Counted from the first letter of the stretch, positions 38,801 through 53,800 are shown. The stretch is DNA of 64,000 bases from Lama glama (GCA_028534125.1 CM052822.1:16740001-16804000), one strand, 5' to 3'. Translations and numbers: made by a program. Notes: a model not told the origin generated them from the letters alone.

Positions 38801-41800
38801 GGGCCAGTTAAAGAGAAGCTAAAACTTCAGTAATAAAATGAGACAAAAAGAAGAAAAAAAAAACTTTGGTAACGAAATGACCATTACTGACAAATGTTTG
38901 TACCCTGAGCAACAGGAGGCCTTACCTTGTACACAGCATGGTCTGCATCATAAAATTCCTCTCTGAAATATTCTCTCTTCCTTTGCCCCACCCAGAACAC
39001 ACATCATCATGTTTTGCACATAGTGATCACAAAAGAAAAAGTTTATTAAAAAAAAATCTAGCTTCATATTTCAAACCTGTCAGTTCATAAGCACTGGTAA
39101 GTGCTCTGAGTCTTTTCCAATAACCTGATGTTAGACCACAAGACCTATAGCACGAATATTTTCTCCTAAGGCTCCAGGCCCTGCTGCGCATGCTCTGAAC
39201 ATCAAGATTAAGACAGACTCTACCTTCGTGCAGAGTAGACTTTTAAACTTTATCCTTTTTCTCTCTCACACATGCACACATTCACAAACAAAACGAAAAA
39301 TAAAACTAAGTAGCTATACTCAGCCAAACCCAGAAAACTGTGATTGTAAAAGGATTCTTTTGGCCCAGAAACGTTAAGTGGGTTAGCCATTCAAAACAAA
39401 ATTTATATGCTTAGTGAAAAAAATAAAAAGTATTCTGAATGCAAAAAGAAAAATCAATTCTTTTATGACTTAAAAAAGTCTCCTTCATTAGCCATATCAT
39501 CTGCTGAAAGTATTGTTTCTGCTTTGAAGCAACTTCTGCAATGTAAGTCTAATACTGAAGCAGGAGAACCGAAATTAAAGACAATTCTCCATACCTATTT
39601 CCAGCTAATGGTAAATCATATATAATAAGCCCTTAGGCCACTCAATTTTAGTCCCAAATATTCCCTTATGGAAGAGTAAATTACCTCATCTAATGAAGGA
39701 TGTTTAAGAACATGGTTTAAAAAGGAGATGTCTCAAAAGAATTATAAATAACATGTTTTTCTTTTTACAAATCTCTCTTCCTGCATTTATGTTATGGCCT
39801 ACGTCACAATACAGCTTAACCAGCCACTTCACCCATCTGTCTCTCTCACCATCTGTAAAATGATGGCTATTCCTACTGGAGTTTCCTAAATAGCTGAAAA
39901 AATAAATTAGATCCTGTATCCATAAGGGGCTCTCAATGCCTCTGAGAGAGACAATATAAAATTCAGAGAATCTAAGTAAATGAAACATCACTACATTTGG
40001 GGGATGGTCTTGTTTTAATTCTGGCTTAATGAGTATAAAAAGCAAATTTCCACTACTAGTCAATTCACAAATTTGCCAATTTACTTTGACATTAATTGCA
40101 CTGAGTTACATGTGAGCTACTACATTTTGGGAAGAGCTGGTTTCCACGTGGGAGTGGGTGCAGGGCTGAGGCTGCTCACTGGAGGCTCACCCTGGGAGCA
40201 CTAGGTAATCCTCCTCACCACTTTGGGAGGTCAGTTTTATTATGCTCAAGTTTATAAAAGTGGAAACTTCAGATAAGAGCTGTTAAACGTGCCCAAAAGT
40301 CATACACAGTTAGTAAATGGTAAAGTGGCACTAGTCAAGGAGACTCAGTTTGGTGAGGGTAAAAATAATAAAATCTGCAAATGTATTTTTGACAAATGAG
40401 CTAACTACATGATTTTCAATCCAAGCACAGTACATGTTTAAAAATTAGAAAGGGCACACCACTTTTAGAAGTCAAATTTCAAATGCTCTGGAGCACAAGT
40501 TGTTTGCAAAGCCTCTTGCTTCACGTGGCAGACTGATTCTGTGCTCCTCTTTCTAATAGGGACAGATGCTGTCAAGTCTGGCTGACTGGGGAAAGATAAT
40601 AATTAATATTAATGATACTGAGCACCAGATGACTCACAGTGCAGGTGAAAAACCAACAATCAACTCATTCTTTGGCAAACTGAGATAAAATTATGAAATG
40701 CTTTATGAAACCAAAACCCTAATGAAGCATAACTTAGCAGATTGCCATTAAGATTACAGAAGAGCTATGGTTCCCAAGTATATTAAGCATTAGAAAAATG
40801 CATTTTGAAGAAATACATTGAAAGTATCCACTGGAAGCTGGTTTTCATATCAAAATCAAAATTAAAACCGGGAACACTAAAATTTAGACAAATTTCAGAA
40901 CTGGGTTTGTCCACGGTTGCCAGCTTTCTTCCTTCAGAAGTCCCTGCACAAACGCACTAAGGTTTTGGAGACTGGCTGAACTCTCTAAGTTTAATTATAC
41001 GTGCTTTAAAAGGGTTACTAGCTGCCACTCCAACCTAACAGCCAAGAGACTCATGATGTTCTAACTCAGATGTCCCCACCCAGGCAGGCTATCATGTGCC
41101 TCTCTCTGCCTCTCCCACACCTTGATCCTTTCAAGTTGCAAGCCACTGGGCACTCATCATTTGTATCTCTTGGAATTACCACACCATCCTGCCAAGTTGT
41201 GTCTGACCCCTCTCTCAAAGCCATGCTCAACATTCACATGTACTCTAAGCATGTCCTCAGCCCACTCATCTATGAAACAGCATACACTTAGATTCCTTTT
41301 CTATGAAGCCTCTGAGCTTTTCTGTTTTTTCTTGTGAATACCTCCTTTGTCCCTCTTCTAAATGCTTAAAAGCCTGGGTCCTCTTCTCCCATTATGTGGG
41401 AAATATCATGGGGATTTAACACGGTACTGGAACTTCTAGCCAGGGCTTTATGTTAAGAAAGTGTTCCTTTAAGAACTGACTTGTGTGATGCTGAAAGGAG
41501 CTTGGAGTTACATGGTCTGGTCTCCCCAGCCGTAGGGGTTAGCAGGTGAACTAATCTGTCCATCCAAAGTAACCCGCGCTGGACAGAATGGTTGGTCTGA
41601 GATGGGCTCATGATTCAAGCAGGGCCAATGTGAGTCTTTTCTGAAGCTCTGGTCAGCGCTCCTATGATCAAAAGCTGTGAGGATGATAGTGCCTTGGGTG
41701 GAGATGTCAGTGGGTATCTGGCACTACAGGAAAGAACATGCCTGAGAAGGAAATCAAACTGAGCCAAGAGTATCAGTGAGAAGAGCAAGGGAAAGGCTTG

Positions 41801-44800
41801 ATAAAATTATTTGCTCTATAGTGACTTCCCAGTCATAGGGTCAAGAGACTCCTGCCCTGCCTCTCCCAATCCCAATTTTGAAAAGTAAATTTAAATTCAT
41901 TAGTGTAATTTTATAATTATCCCCAAGGGTAGAAGCAAAGCTGACACCCTGCTTTATCATCATTAAAAGGAAACGTTTATCACATCCCAGAGTGGCAAGG
42001 GTAGGGGGGACCACTTTTTACTCTGAGATAAAACTGACCAAAAAAAAAAGTTACTCTGTCCAGTTCTAGTATCCAAGATAAATAAATCCGTAAGCCTTTT
42101 CTATAAGTTGCTGACTCCTTTACAAAACAACCTTATGCTGGTGACTTATGCAAGCAGGTATGAGATAACCTTTGTTGCTATGATGAGCAAGTGAGAAGGC
42201 TTGCTTTTCAACCACAAACAGCTTGAGCGAAAATCCAATTTTCAGTTTTCTGTATTCGTGGGAGTTTTTTTTCCCCCTTTAAATTTCTGTTGCATTTTTT
42301 ATTTAGTGAGCCAGGTCTTCTAAAGGTTGGATTATCTTAGAAATCATTTTGGCAAGTTAACATTTTCTCTTTTATAAATACTTTATATCTGCGATTTTCT
42401 TTGACACAAATAAACTTTGATTTTACTAATTTGAGCTCATTGTTGAAGCACATTGAGGTCTTTCTGAATCTTAATATTGTCACTCTTTCCCACTTTACTG
42501 ATTTACAATTTATTCCTAATGTCTTCATACAAGTTAAGGATTTTTCAATTAAATGATAAAAATAAGTGATCTGAACTCATGTTCTTCTTGCTATGAGTTA
42601 GGATATGTATACTTTGTTAAATTTATATTCTGATGGCAAATACTTGATACTAACTACACTCCTAGTTAATATCAACTACACTCCTAGCTGATATCCACTT
42701 ATCAAATCAAATGTTTTACATATAGTTTTCAATTAGCCATATATTCATTAAACTATATTATTTGGTCCACAATTCTCCATCTTATCCAGAGGGAGATCAT
42801 GAGAAGCTCTATCAAGTATCTTGCTAACATTTTTTTATAGAGTATGTGCCCATTATCACTGGTCAAGATTCTTTTGGGCTCAAGTTTCAAGCACTGAATC
42901 TGTGCATATGTTTATACCTCACTCAACATATGTAAAAACTGGGCTCTGAGCAACCTTTAGAAAATAAAACACATAAAAATTTCAAGCTAACTCACCACTA
43001 TTGTTAGAGCAGACAGATAGCTAGATATGAGCAGAGAAACCATATATCTTGTAAGCACGGGGGCGGGGGGTCCTTGGGCAGACAGAGAAAAGTAGGAACC
43101 TTCAGACTGACAAGAAATAACACATTTTGGAGTGACAAGTGTCCTGGAGGCACGTAAAGAAAGATGGGGAAAAGCAATAATCTCCAGCGTCCAAGTGTAA
43201 CCTTTTGCTCATTATGCCCTCATTACAATAAAATTAGCCTTGCAGATTAGAAGTATCTATCATGCACTGACGCCATGACATTTCCGATCTAGACTAAATA
43301 AGGACAAAAATCCCTCCTCCCCTCAGGAAGGTGGAGCTGGGATGGAGACCAGGGAATAAGACTCCAAACCCTTCCCTCCCAGTGAATATTCCACCCATAC
43401 TTTTTTCACCCTATGTAACCAGCCTGCCAACAAAACTCAGCGTAGCCTTAGTCTGCCCACTCTCTCCTGAGAGTGTCCTGTCCCTTAATAAAACCTCGTT
43501 TTTACTTTCTCGACCTCCGTGTTTCGCCTCTGAACTCTTCCTGTGATGAGACAAGAACCTACTCTCCAGTAACAACAGCGCTAATAAGCAGTAGATGTGA
43601 AAATCAAAGCCAGGAAGACAAGCTTCAGAGTCAAAATTCTCAAATTTCCTCTGTGCTACTTGCACATGTGTGCTATGAATTGGCTCAATTAACTCTCTCA
43701 TCAACAAATTCGAGCCTGCTCAAATTGGGAAGAGAGTTGGGTAACTGTGGGGTGGAGCTGACTGAACACGGCCTGTACCTTTCCTTCCTCATCACATGGA
43801 GTGTGGATCTGGAAATAGTCTTTAGTGGTACAGGGAGGGCGCTCCGTGCACTCACTGGATCCTTCTTCTGCAACAGAAAAATGCATTTCAGAAATGAGTC
43901 ATTTACGCGGTGACTCTCAGAAAAGGCCAATGTGAAAATAAAAATTTTTTAAAAGCAGACAACTGAAAAGTAACAATAACCTCTCCAGAGGAATTTAGGT
44001 AGAACTAGCAAGGCTTCAAGAAAATAAAAGCCTGTATTTTTATTTTCCCTAAAGCAAGAAATGTTTCCATGATACACAAGGAGCATATCATAGTTTTTCC
44101 AAGAAACATTAAATTTCTTCCATTATCACTGGACTGATATGACTTTAGCACTGGTTTCTGACCCACTGTTTTCATCACATTTTGTCTGTGATTTCTGGCT
44201 TATGACTATACACTCTCAACAAACATCAATTTAGACAGAAAAGAACAAGGAGCATAAACTGGAGTTTATACTAAGAGTCTTACCTGAAAACTGAGAGTCC
44301 TCGTCACACTTGATGCATTCTTTGGCTCCTTTCTCAGAATAGGTGTTTCTGGGACAAACTTGGCAGACGAACGACCCCGGTTTGTCGCTGAAGGTACCTG
44401 GCTTGCATGGAAAGCATTCTGACGTGTATGCCACCCCTGTGGTATGGGAAACAGAGCATGGCAGAGAGGACCCAATGGCAACATGCGCATCAGTAACTTC
44501 TCCCTCTGTGAGAAGTCAGAGGGAAATATTAACCGTAAGCTCAGCCTGGGGCCTTTATAGCCCATTAATTCAACACCGAAAAGGTATTTACTGCGTGCAA
44601 GGAATTCGGATAGATATTGAGTTAAGCATAGTAAGTATAGCCAATAAGAGATTCAGATTTGATAGAGGTATACAGTCAATGTATAAACTCAACAGTCAAA
44701 AGATAACTCCACTAATCAGAAGGGGGACAAACTCTAAGGTTCCTCCAAGTGCACAAGCTACCATTGTCTCATCTGTATGGCTTCCTGTTCCCTTTTTCTC

Positions 44801-47800
44801 CACTGCTCACTAAGGCACAAATAAGACCCTAGGAAACGCTCAGACTTTTCTTCTGGTTTACAATTCCAGCCTTTGCCAGCAGATGTCCCTACGACTAATG
44901 AATTAACGTCACAGAAACAGTACTCAAAACATCTAAAAACGTAAGCCAAACTTCAATAAAGGAGAGTCACTGCTTTAATTAAAAGCAGCCGCAATTGAGA
45001 ATGAACCATGCCAGGGTTTACTGGCCACTCTCCTGAGCCAGAAGAGGCCCAGCTTGTTCAGAGAGGCTAACGGTGTAGGAGACATCCAGGCCGAGATGTT
45101 TATTTCAGTGTTATTTTTATGGATACAGTGGTGACGACAATAAGCACTATGCCGGCACACTAGAGATTTCTCAACTGAATAACAGGCTGTTATTAATAAA
45201 GATTATTTTCTTTTATTTAAAGATACCTACAATTGTCATTATGTTTACTTTTTCACAAAGATTAAAAAATTCAGTTTAGGGTAGAGGAAAAAACAAAAAA
45301 CAAAAAACTCCAGTGAACTTGCCAGGAATAAAACCAGGGTCTCTAGACTTGTATGATGCCTAACATATTAATTTCTGTCCCATATGCCCTTGAAACAAAT
45401 AATATAATCCATATTTTAACTAACTCTAAAATATGACAGGTGACCACTAAAGCTGATTGCTGTGAAATACCTTCAATTGTGATATTTTTTACCAACACTG
45501 GCTTGACTGCCTTAGAACCCATAAGGATGCCCGTAGTTCTCCAGTACAGGATGTTTGTGCCTGATTTCAACATTACCTGTAAAGAGACGAACAAGACACT
45601 CAAGGTTGGATAAACCCTGCCACTTCCAACCACACCTAAAAGCTAACCCCTTGCACTTTTCAATGCACTACGATGAAACATCATTAATTTGGAACCCATT
45701 AATTTAAACCTACTGTTAATTCAGACCTAAGCTCTGCTTAAATTCACATTTTCTTAAAACAAATTAGTTTGCCAACCCCTCCAAAAAAACATAGTACTGA
45801 AGGAGGAAAAGAAACTCCTTCAAGCCTGAACAAGAAAGATAAAATGATTTTCAAATCATTTGCATGAAGTCTTGGTTTATATTTAAAAGGGACTCATTTT
45901 AGAGAGTGAAAGGCATTTAGCCCAATTATATATTTATTTGGCTGCCACTATTCATAAGTAGATCTCTGGGCTCTGAAAACGAAAAAGTAACAGAGTGAGT
46001 TCTTTCCTTTCAAAACTATTTAATAAGCAACACTGCAATAGCAACAGAGGAAAAACAGTACTGGTCTTACAGAATAACCTGATTCAGCTCTATGACTCCA
46101 GAACTTAACTGATACTACATCTGATATTTGTTTTCTTTGCCACCAGAACATTTTTATTTTTAAAAATCAAACTACTTTTCTGATAAATTTCATGCTGATT
46201 CAGTCAAGCAAACTAACGGTAAGGGTGGCTTGCTTTCTTATTTGCCACCCTTATTCTTCGATGCAGTATCTGGCTGGCCAAACTCAGGCAGGATAAAACT
46301 CACAACATATCCGACTACTTTCCCCTGTCAGAGATTCAGAGAAGTAACGTGCTAAGTACTTTCCTCTTGTATTAGGTCTCTAAGTGACAAAAGCATATTT
46401 GTTGCCAAGGTTTACTTCTACCTTCAAAGCCCAGCAGCCTGAATGCTTGGGTGAATGGATCTTAAGTGGTACTAAGCATATGGATCAAAAAAATTACTCT
46501 GAAAGGTGCATGATATTAATCCCTCAAGGATGAGGTACCTGCTACTGCACAAAGGCAATAACAGATAGCAACTTACTGAGAGAGAGTTCAGTCTGCGCTG
46601 CAGGCACCACACTAGGCCATCCCCACATAACTCATTGCTCCTGCTTCTCACATGAACTCTCAGACTCCAAGAGAAAGAAACACAACTGCCTAAAGAAACA
46701 CAACTACTATAAACCAGACTTCGATTTTAAATCCATGTCTCACTCTGAAGGGACAATGCCTCAGATAATGACAGATTCAGAGACTGTGTTACCCAATAAC
46801 TGCCTCGAGGCATTTGGAACTGTCCTTGGAGAAGCAAGCAGTTACTTTACGGGATACAACCAGAGAGGGCAGAACTTTGAGCAATGGGTGGCAAAGAGAT
46901 AGAAAGCAGCCTCCAGACAGGAGTGAACTGTGTGATGTGCAGAGCTGTCCAACAATGGAGTCAGCACAGACCTCAACAAGACAAGCTTGAAAATCACTTG
47001 GTGGGGAGACTGCAGAGAAAGTTGGACGAAAGGAACTCAAGGGTCCTTCTGACACCAAGAGCTACTGATTCTCTTTCATGTGACGGGCACATCAGTAAAC
47101 TTACACACTCAGAGGTTCTGTATATTAGTTTTGGTTGGACACACTTTTTTTAACTCTTATTTTTTTTGAAGTGTAGTCAGTTTACAATGTTACTTTCATG
47201 TGTCAAGCAAAGCAATTCAGTTATATATGTATATAATTTTTTCAGATTCTCTTCCATTACAGCTCATTACAAGAAATTAAATATAGTCCCCTTGCTACAC
47301 AGTAGGTCCTTATTGTTTATCTATTTTACATATAGTAATACGTATTTATTAACCCCAAACTCTTAGTTTACCCCTCCCTGACTTCCCCCTTGTTAACCAG
47401 TTTGTTTTCTATGTCCACGAGCCTATTTCTGGTTTGTAAATAAAATTTGGGTTTTTTTTTTTTTAGATTCCACACATAAGCGACATCATATGATATCTGA
47501 AAGCTCTGTCTGACTTACTTCACTTAGTATGATAATTGAGTAGACTTATTTCTTGTTAATGCCCCTTTGAAAAGGAGGAAAGTTAAGAGTGTGTGGGGGA
47601 TAGGGCAGGGAGAGGGAGCAAAGGGCAAAGAAGAAAGTAGGAAAATAATACTAGGAAGAGCTTGAGTCCATGATACTCAGGGGCAATTTCCTTCTTAACT
47701 AGAAATTTCTACATTAATAAACAATTTTGACTTTTTCTTAAAGTAAACTTTAAAAAAATAGGTTGGTAAAAGGAAAGAGAAGAATGGGGCTGGTGGGAGA

Positions 47801-50800
47801 GCAGAACAGATAGAAACTTACAGAATGAGAGCCCCATTCTCCATTGTCTGTGAGTTTTACCCACTTGTCAGCGGTGGTGTCCATCTCCTGGCACTGATCA
47901 TTCTGAATCTGTAGATTAAACACAAGGGCCCCAGTAAAGCTCCTTGAATGATGGCTTTAATTAAATTTGTTACTCAGCACCGGACAGGGCTGCAAGAGCT
48001 TCTTTCAATGCACACTAAACAGTGGCCATGAGTAATTCTCAACAAGTAAACACACCAAGACCTCTGGACCTAAGTGACAACTGCATAGGAGTGAGTAGTT
48101 CTCAGTACACCATCCTCATTATTGTAACAAAGAGACTAGCCCATTAAGAAGTAGGGGAGGCGGGCAAGCAGGAGCCTGGGAGGCAGAGGAGGAGAGGGCA
48201 GTTAATATGAAAAGTCACATAAAGGAGAAAAAGTCATTAAAAAATTTAAAAGCTTGCATTCACCATGCGGGCCCAATAGTATAAAAAATAAAGTTTATCT
48301 GTATGAGATTCAGGGCAGTAAAATTTTAAATTAATAAATAAATGAAATCTGCTTTGTTTTCAGTTCCCCAGGACTTAATCCAAATATGCAGTAAGTGGCT
48401 ACAGCCAAAGTCAAAGTCCCCAATTTGTATTTGGGGGCAAATGTTAATGATATGCCATGCCAGTTCAAATGATGATGGCCAACACCTTTAGCACCAAACA
48501 CTTTGTGCTTTCCAGACAATTCTTGAAGATGCCTAGGAGTTGGGACATACTTTTCCAGGACTACAAAGAATACATAGACATTAAAAAGTGGGCCATTTTT
48601 ATAGTCTCACACAACAGTCAGCAATGGAGTAGGGTTAAAATAACATCTCATCACCTATACTTCTGCCAAAATGAATACTTCTCTCTTCTCTAAATCATTT
48701 TTCCACTTCATTCATTCTCCTGATCAGTTTTACAAACAATATTAAAATCTTTTCCAGAAGAATCATTTCCTAAAGAGTTTCTAACTAGAAAATAGATCCT
48801 TTTAATAGCCAAATACCAGCGATTATCAGCTACTGAACATATTTGGTTTAATTGAATCTAAGTGTCATATTTATAAACATAATGACAATTCTAGTGCAAG
48901 TGTTAAGCCATTTTTAAACAGATATGGACACTGAATCTATCATTGGTGGTTCATGTTCAGTTAAGCTGAAAGCTTTTTTTTTTTTCAGCTGAAATCGGAC
49001 ATCATGTGTTATTGTGACATTCTACTAGCCTTCTGGAGACCTGAGTTCTGTTGTTCACTCCAAAAGTAACTAGTAAAGGTATAACCTTGATCCAATTACT
49101 TAGTCTCTCCAGGTTTCAGTTTCATCATTTGAAAAAAATAAAGTGTGGAAGGGAGAGCTGAATGAAATTTCCAGACTCCTAAAGTTAAATACTTTAGTGC
49201 TTTCAATTATGCAATGTTCACAAGTACAATTGCATCTCTCAGTCTTCAGATATTTCCTTTCCATTAACCATTAGCAATGATGACTATAAGGTGTTGACTC
49301 TCTGAGTCAATAAATTGCAATCTATAAAGCTGAAATGCCAATAAAAGAAGGAATATGAACTCGACATCCCTTCTCAGTCTAAAACCAGAATAACAAAGAC
49401 ATCATTGAAAGGAAGTAATGAAACTTCATGCCTTAAGAGTATCTTTACTGACAACTCTCAAAGGACTTAAAGGACAACGTAAAACTAAATGCTTATTTCA
49501 ACAATTACACAATTACCTTGCTTCTTAACTTTATTTTAGTTTAGTACTATTGCAAAAATGTCCCACGGAATAGGGGTTCACTCTGAGAAGTGTCTTGCAA
49601 ACAAAGTGTAACTTAAATAGCAAATCTGTCTGAATATTGCTTACCATCTTAAACTCATCACAGGAAGTTAGAGCTAAGAGGCTCTGCCAACAATTCACTT
49701 TACAAAAAGAAAATGCTGAGGGCTGGAAAGTTAACGTACTTGTCCAGTAACACTCAACTAGCAACTGCACAGTTGGGACCTGAGCCAGAATCTCTTGACT
49801 TCAAATCTAAGGCTCATACCTTCATGGAAGGTATCTCTTCCTAGCCAAGCTTTGATTTAGAAATTTCCATTATCGAGAGCAATATAAATTTGTTTTAGAA
49901 TTATTACCCCTTTATTCCCAAAGTCTGGACCACAGGAACGTTTTACAAGATATTTTCCCAGTTACTTGCACAACACACACACTTTTTTTTTTGGTTTATG
50001 AAGTCAATCTGAAGACTTTTTCTCAAGCATTTGAGTCACTGCCTCAACAAATATTTGTGAGATTAGATATGGTTTATATAAAATAGTTAAATAATTTTCG
50101 TTGTAATAGCCCATTCTGTTAGACTATTATTTTTACCCTATATTATGTAATGCTATTTAATCTCTTGCCAGAGACATGAATTATCTCATTGATTGATTCC
50201 TTATATCCAAAAGTAAAATAAGCCAAATGTTATTCTACAAGGTGAGAGCTCAAAGGTAAAGAAACAATATTAACAAGAAAATATACAAATAAACATTTCA
50301 TATCAAAAGCTCCAGTTAACACACAAAAAACCAAGAAGGAATACAATGGAATGGGGACAATCGATGAAGAGAAATTTTACATGGAAGTCCTTTAAAAAGT
50401 AAATCCTAGAATATAAAAGGCCTTACAAAGAACTCAAAGAAGATGTTGTTGTCGACATACTGGTACTCAAAGAAGACATAACCCGACTTCTTAAGGTGCA
50501 CAGCATAGATCAAGGATACCGTGCAGTCATCACGATTTGACTCTATGTAATTTCCACGGGGAATCCAAGAAGAGCTGTGGAAACAAAACCATTTCACGTT
50601 AGCGTTGGGAAATGGAAAACGTTTCTGGTCACAAGTTTTGTAACTCAGATTCAATAGTGGTTTCATCAGCAAAGCACAGCAGAGAAGTTCGAAGCTCTTG
50701 GGGACCTCAAAGACCAACGCCCTTATTGGGAAAAGGTTTATTTCTTGACACATGACTTCCGAATTTGTGATAAGGTTATGCAATCAATTTGCTGTGGAAC

Positions 50801-53800
50801 TGCTATGTTTCACCAAAACTTTGATCACTAAGTAGGTGATCACTAATTCCAGTAGTCTTAGATGGAACTATTCTCTCACACAACATCTAATGTTTTATTA
50901 ACAAATATACACCTGGCAGGGGAATGCAGGGGATCCTTTATAATGAAAGAAGCAACTGTCCTAGAAAAAGCCCATTTAAAGTGAACCTAAATAACATATT
51001 AGAGATAGTCTCACAGTACGTCATAGGGGTAAAAGCCTGATTGGAATTTTTATCTGAAAAATAAAATGAAAACTTAAGAAAATACATTAGTGAACAAAAT
51101 CTGGGTTGCAAATCTAACCATGAGCTAATTCTTACATTAACCAATAATAAGTCATGTGTTAACTTTTTGGCCAAAAAAAATTTCTAACCAAACTATACGA
51201 GAGCACAACTCAATATCCTTCTCTTCAAATTTAACTTTCTATGTGGATGGTAAGAGAGAGATTTTGGCAAATTCTTTTCTTTTCACTAACAGAAAAGAAA
51301 TTTCAAATGATAGGCTGAAACTTCTACATCCTAACACAACTCACTAATTGGCATTGGATGTGCCCTTTCTCTTTAATAATCTAGTAAACTAAACAAAAGA
51401 CATGACTGTTTTCAGGCACTGACAATAGGCAGTGCAGGACTGAGAATCTCGACAGCAGGAAAACACAGAGGGTGAAGCCCACGCTGACCCTGACCTCACT
51501 CATCAGGATACTCTCTAGACTATGGCACTGGGAGACAGCACCCAGGCAGAGCCCAGTGGTCTCACTGGGCTGAGGAGCGGGAATGAGAGCCTCCAGGGCA
51601 GCTGCAGCAACTGAAATGCACAGGCGTGAGAATCAGAGAAAACAGGGGCTCCAGAATCCCATACAGAGTTTCTCTGGAGGTCCTGGGCTTGGGGCTGGAG
51701 TGTGCAGGCCTACCAGGCAACAGCTACCACAAACCTGAGACATAATCAGAGACATCACTTTTACGGGCGTCACAGGAGCTCCAGGGCACCCAGAGAGGAG
51801 AAAATGTAATAACCATATCAGACATTCATCTGAGACTCCAGAATTGCCACACATTAGGAATAAGGGTCACACCCTAGGGTAGTTGTCAGCATAAAGTCAG
51901 TACTTTTTCATAAAGGGCCAGAGAGTCAATAATTTTGGCTTTGTGAACATCTAGTATCTCTTGCAATACTTAACTAGGCCACTGTAGCTCAAAAGCAGCC
52001 ACAGACAATATGTAAGTAAATGAGTGTAGCTGGGTTCCAATGCAATTTTATTTACAAGAACCACAAAACTCCAGCCCTAGAGTATAGACCATGACCTAGA
52101 ACTACGTGTGAAACCAATGCAGAGCCACCTTAAAAACTTTTTAAAACCAGGCCTGCTGAGAGCAAGGTGCTCTTCCAGTAAATACACCGCCTCCCAGAAC
52201 AACATTCAAAACCGTTTAAACGAAGGAAAAAATAATCCACATTCCCTACCTGTTCACATTCCTGACACCCAAGATACAATAAAAATTTACTAGACATGCA
52301 AAGAAGCAGGAAAGCAAGACCCTTAACTGAGAAAAAGTTGTGACCTCTGCAAGATATCTGAAGATAAAAAACCCCAACCATAATAGAAAACATTGGTAAA
52401 ATTGTACTTTTTCAAATTTTAAACTTTTATCAAAGGACACCATTGAGAAAATGAAAAGTCAATAGCTACAGACAGAAAGCAGTACTATAGACACATATAT
52501 GCATATGTGCATGCATATGTGTATGCGTATATTATGTTAAATATTAAACATATACATGATAAGAACATGCCCAGCAAACACAATGAACTCCTATAGCTCA
52601 ATAATAAAGTGACCCAAAAAAGTAACAAATGGTTAAACATTTTGATACTTCACACACACACACACACACACACACAAACATATAGACAATGAACATATGA
52701 ACAGTGCTCAACATCTTTATACAGAAGGGAAATGCAAATTAAAACCACAAGTAGCTATCATTTCTCATCGGCGCACTAGAATGACTAAAATAAAACAAGA
52801 CGATAATACAGACGTTGGTAAATATGTAGAAGAACCAGAATTCAAATGCACTGCTGGAGTCTAATGACACAATCAGTTTGAAAAGTCTGTCAATTTCTTA
52901 TAAAGTTTCACATACATCTTCTTTATGACCCAAGCAATTAAAAAGAAGCAAAAAGAATGCAAGATTGGGTGGATGGAAAAAAGGAAGGAAGGAAGAAGGG
53001 AGGGAGATAATCATATCAGTATCAGACTGAAATTTACACTGAGAACATTATACTAAACAACAATACATTGAAAAATTTACACTTATCGTTCAATTTCTTT
53101 AATGAGTAAATAATTCCAAGTAGAAAAAGAAGTCACGTCACTATCTCCTGCCCCTCAAAACAAATATCTGAGGCCTCGTAACATCCTACTAGAACCTTCC
53201 TCTAAGGAACTCTTTTATTTAAAAAAGAATTAAATTAAATTATACACATACAGGTTTCCCCCATTATGCAAAAGTACAGTGTCCCCATGAAACCTTTTGT
53301 AAGCTGCCATGGCGTAAAGCAAAGAAGCAATCACTTTAGGACACATCTTGCTAATGGGTTTACAAAATAAATCGAGATAAAGTCCAGATGCCCACAGACA
53401 CAGTTTCAAGTTACAGCAGCTTGATGCTGAGACACTGATTGTAGTTCTGGGAAGGAGCTTGGTGGTGACACTTGCTGCAAAACCAACACTGATCACTATT
53501 TTTGATTTTTGCCTTTTTTCGTAAAAGCGAAAATCCGCTTCAGATTTCTTTTGGTTAGCAAAAACAGGTACTAATAATATAGGTATTTCATAAAAGTGTA
53601 ATGATATAAAGCAAACTTTGGAAAAGCAAGGGATACCTGTATACACATACACGTGTATGTACACACATACATATACTACACAGGTTTGAACTGCACAGGT
53701 CCACTTGTATTCAGAGTCTTTTTCACTAAATAAACACACATTACAGTACTACCTGATCCATGGTTGGCTGAATCTGCCAGATGTGGAACAGTGGACACAA

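Larger units (their letters stand above)
51430..52940 (+). mobile_element. Mosaic of old L1M 5' region and ORF2/3' pieces, interrupted by MER58A
   Basis: L1M-like motifs aaaaatttactagacatgcaaagaagcagg, tcaaaggacaccattgagaaaatgaaaag, gggaaatgcaaattaaaaccacaa. Confidence 0.55.

Noticed and set aside
38918-38970. Strong isolated donor AAG|GTAAGG (similar site at 60181-60190)
   Set aside because: No convincing upstream acceptor with a pyrimidine tract; such sites are expected by chance.
43473-44813. 146 aa and 156 aa plus-strand ORFs
   Set aside because: Antisense shadows of exons 7-8 and the LTR, with no recognisable protein similarity.
46220-46253. 10 bp hairpin (similar one at 28855-28880)
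   Set aside because: Short enough to occur by chance in 64 kb.
53230-53739. 169 aa minus-strand ORF
   Set aside because: It runs through Tigger MITEs and simple repeats; chance ORF.
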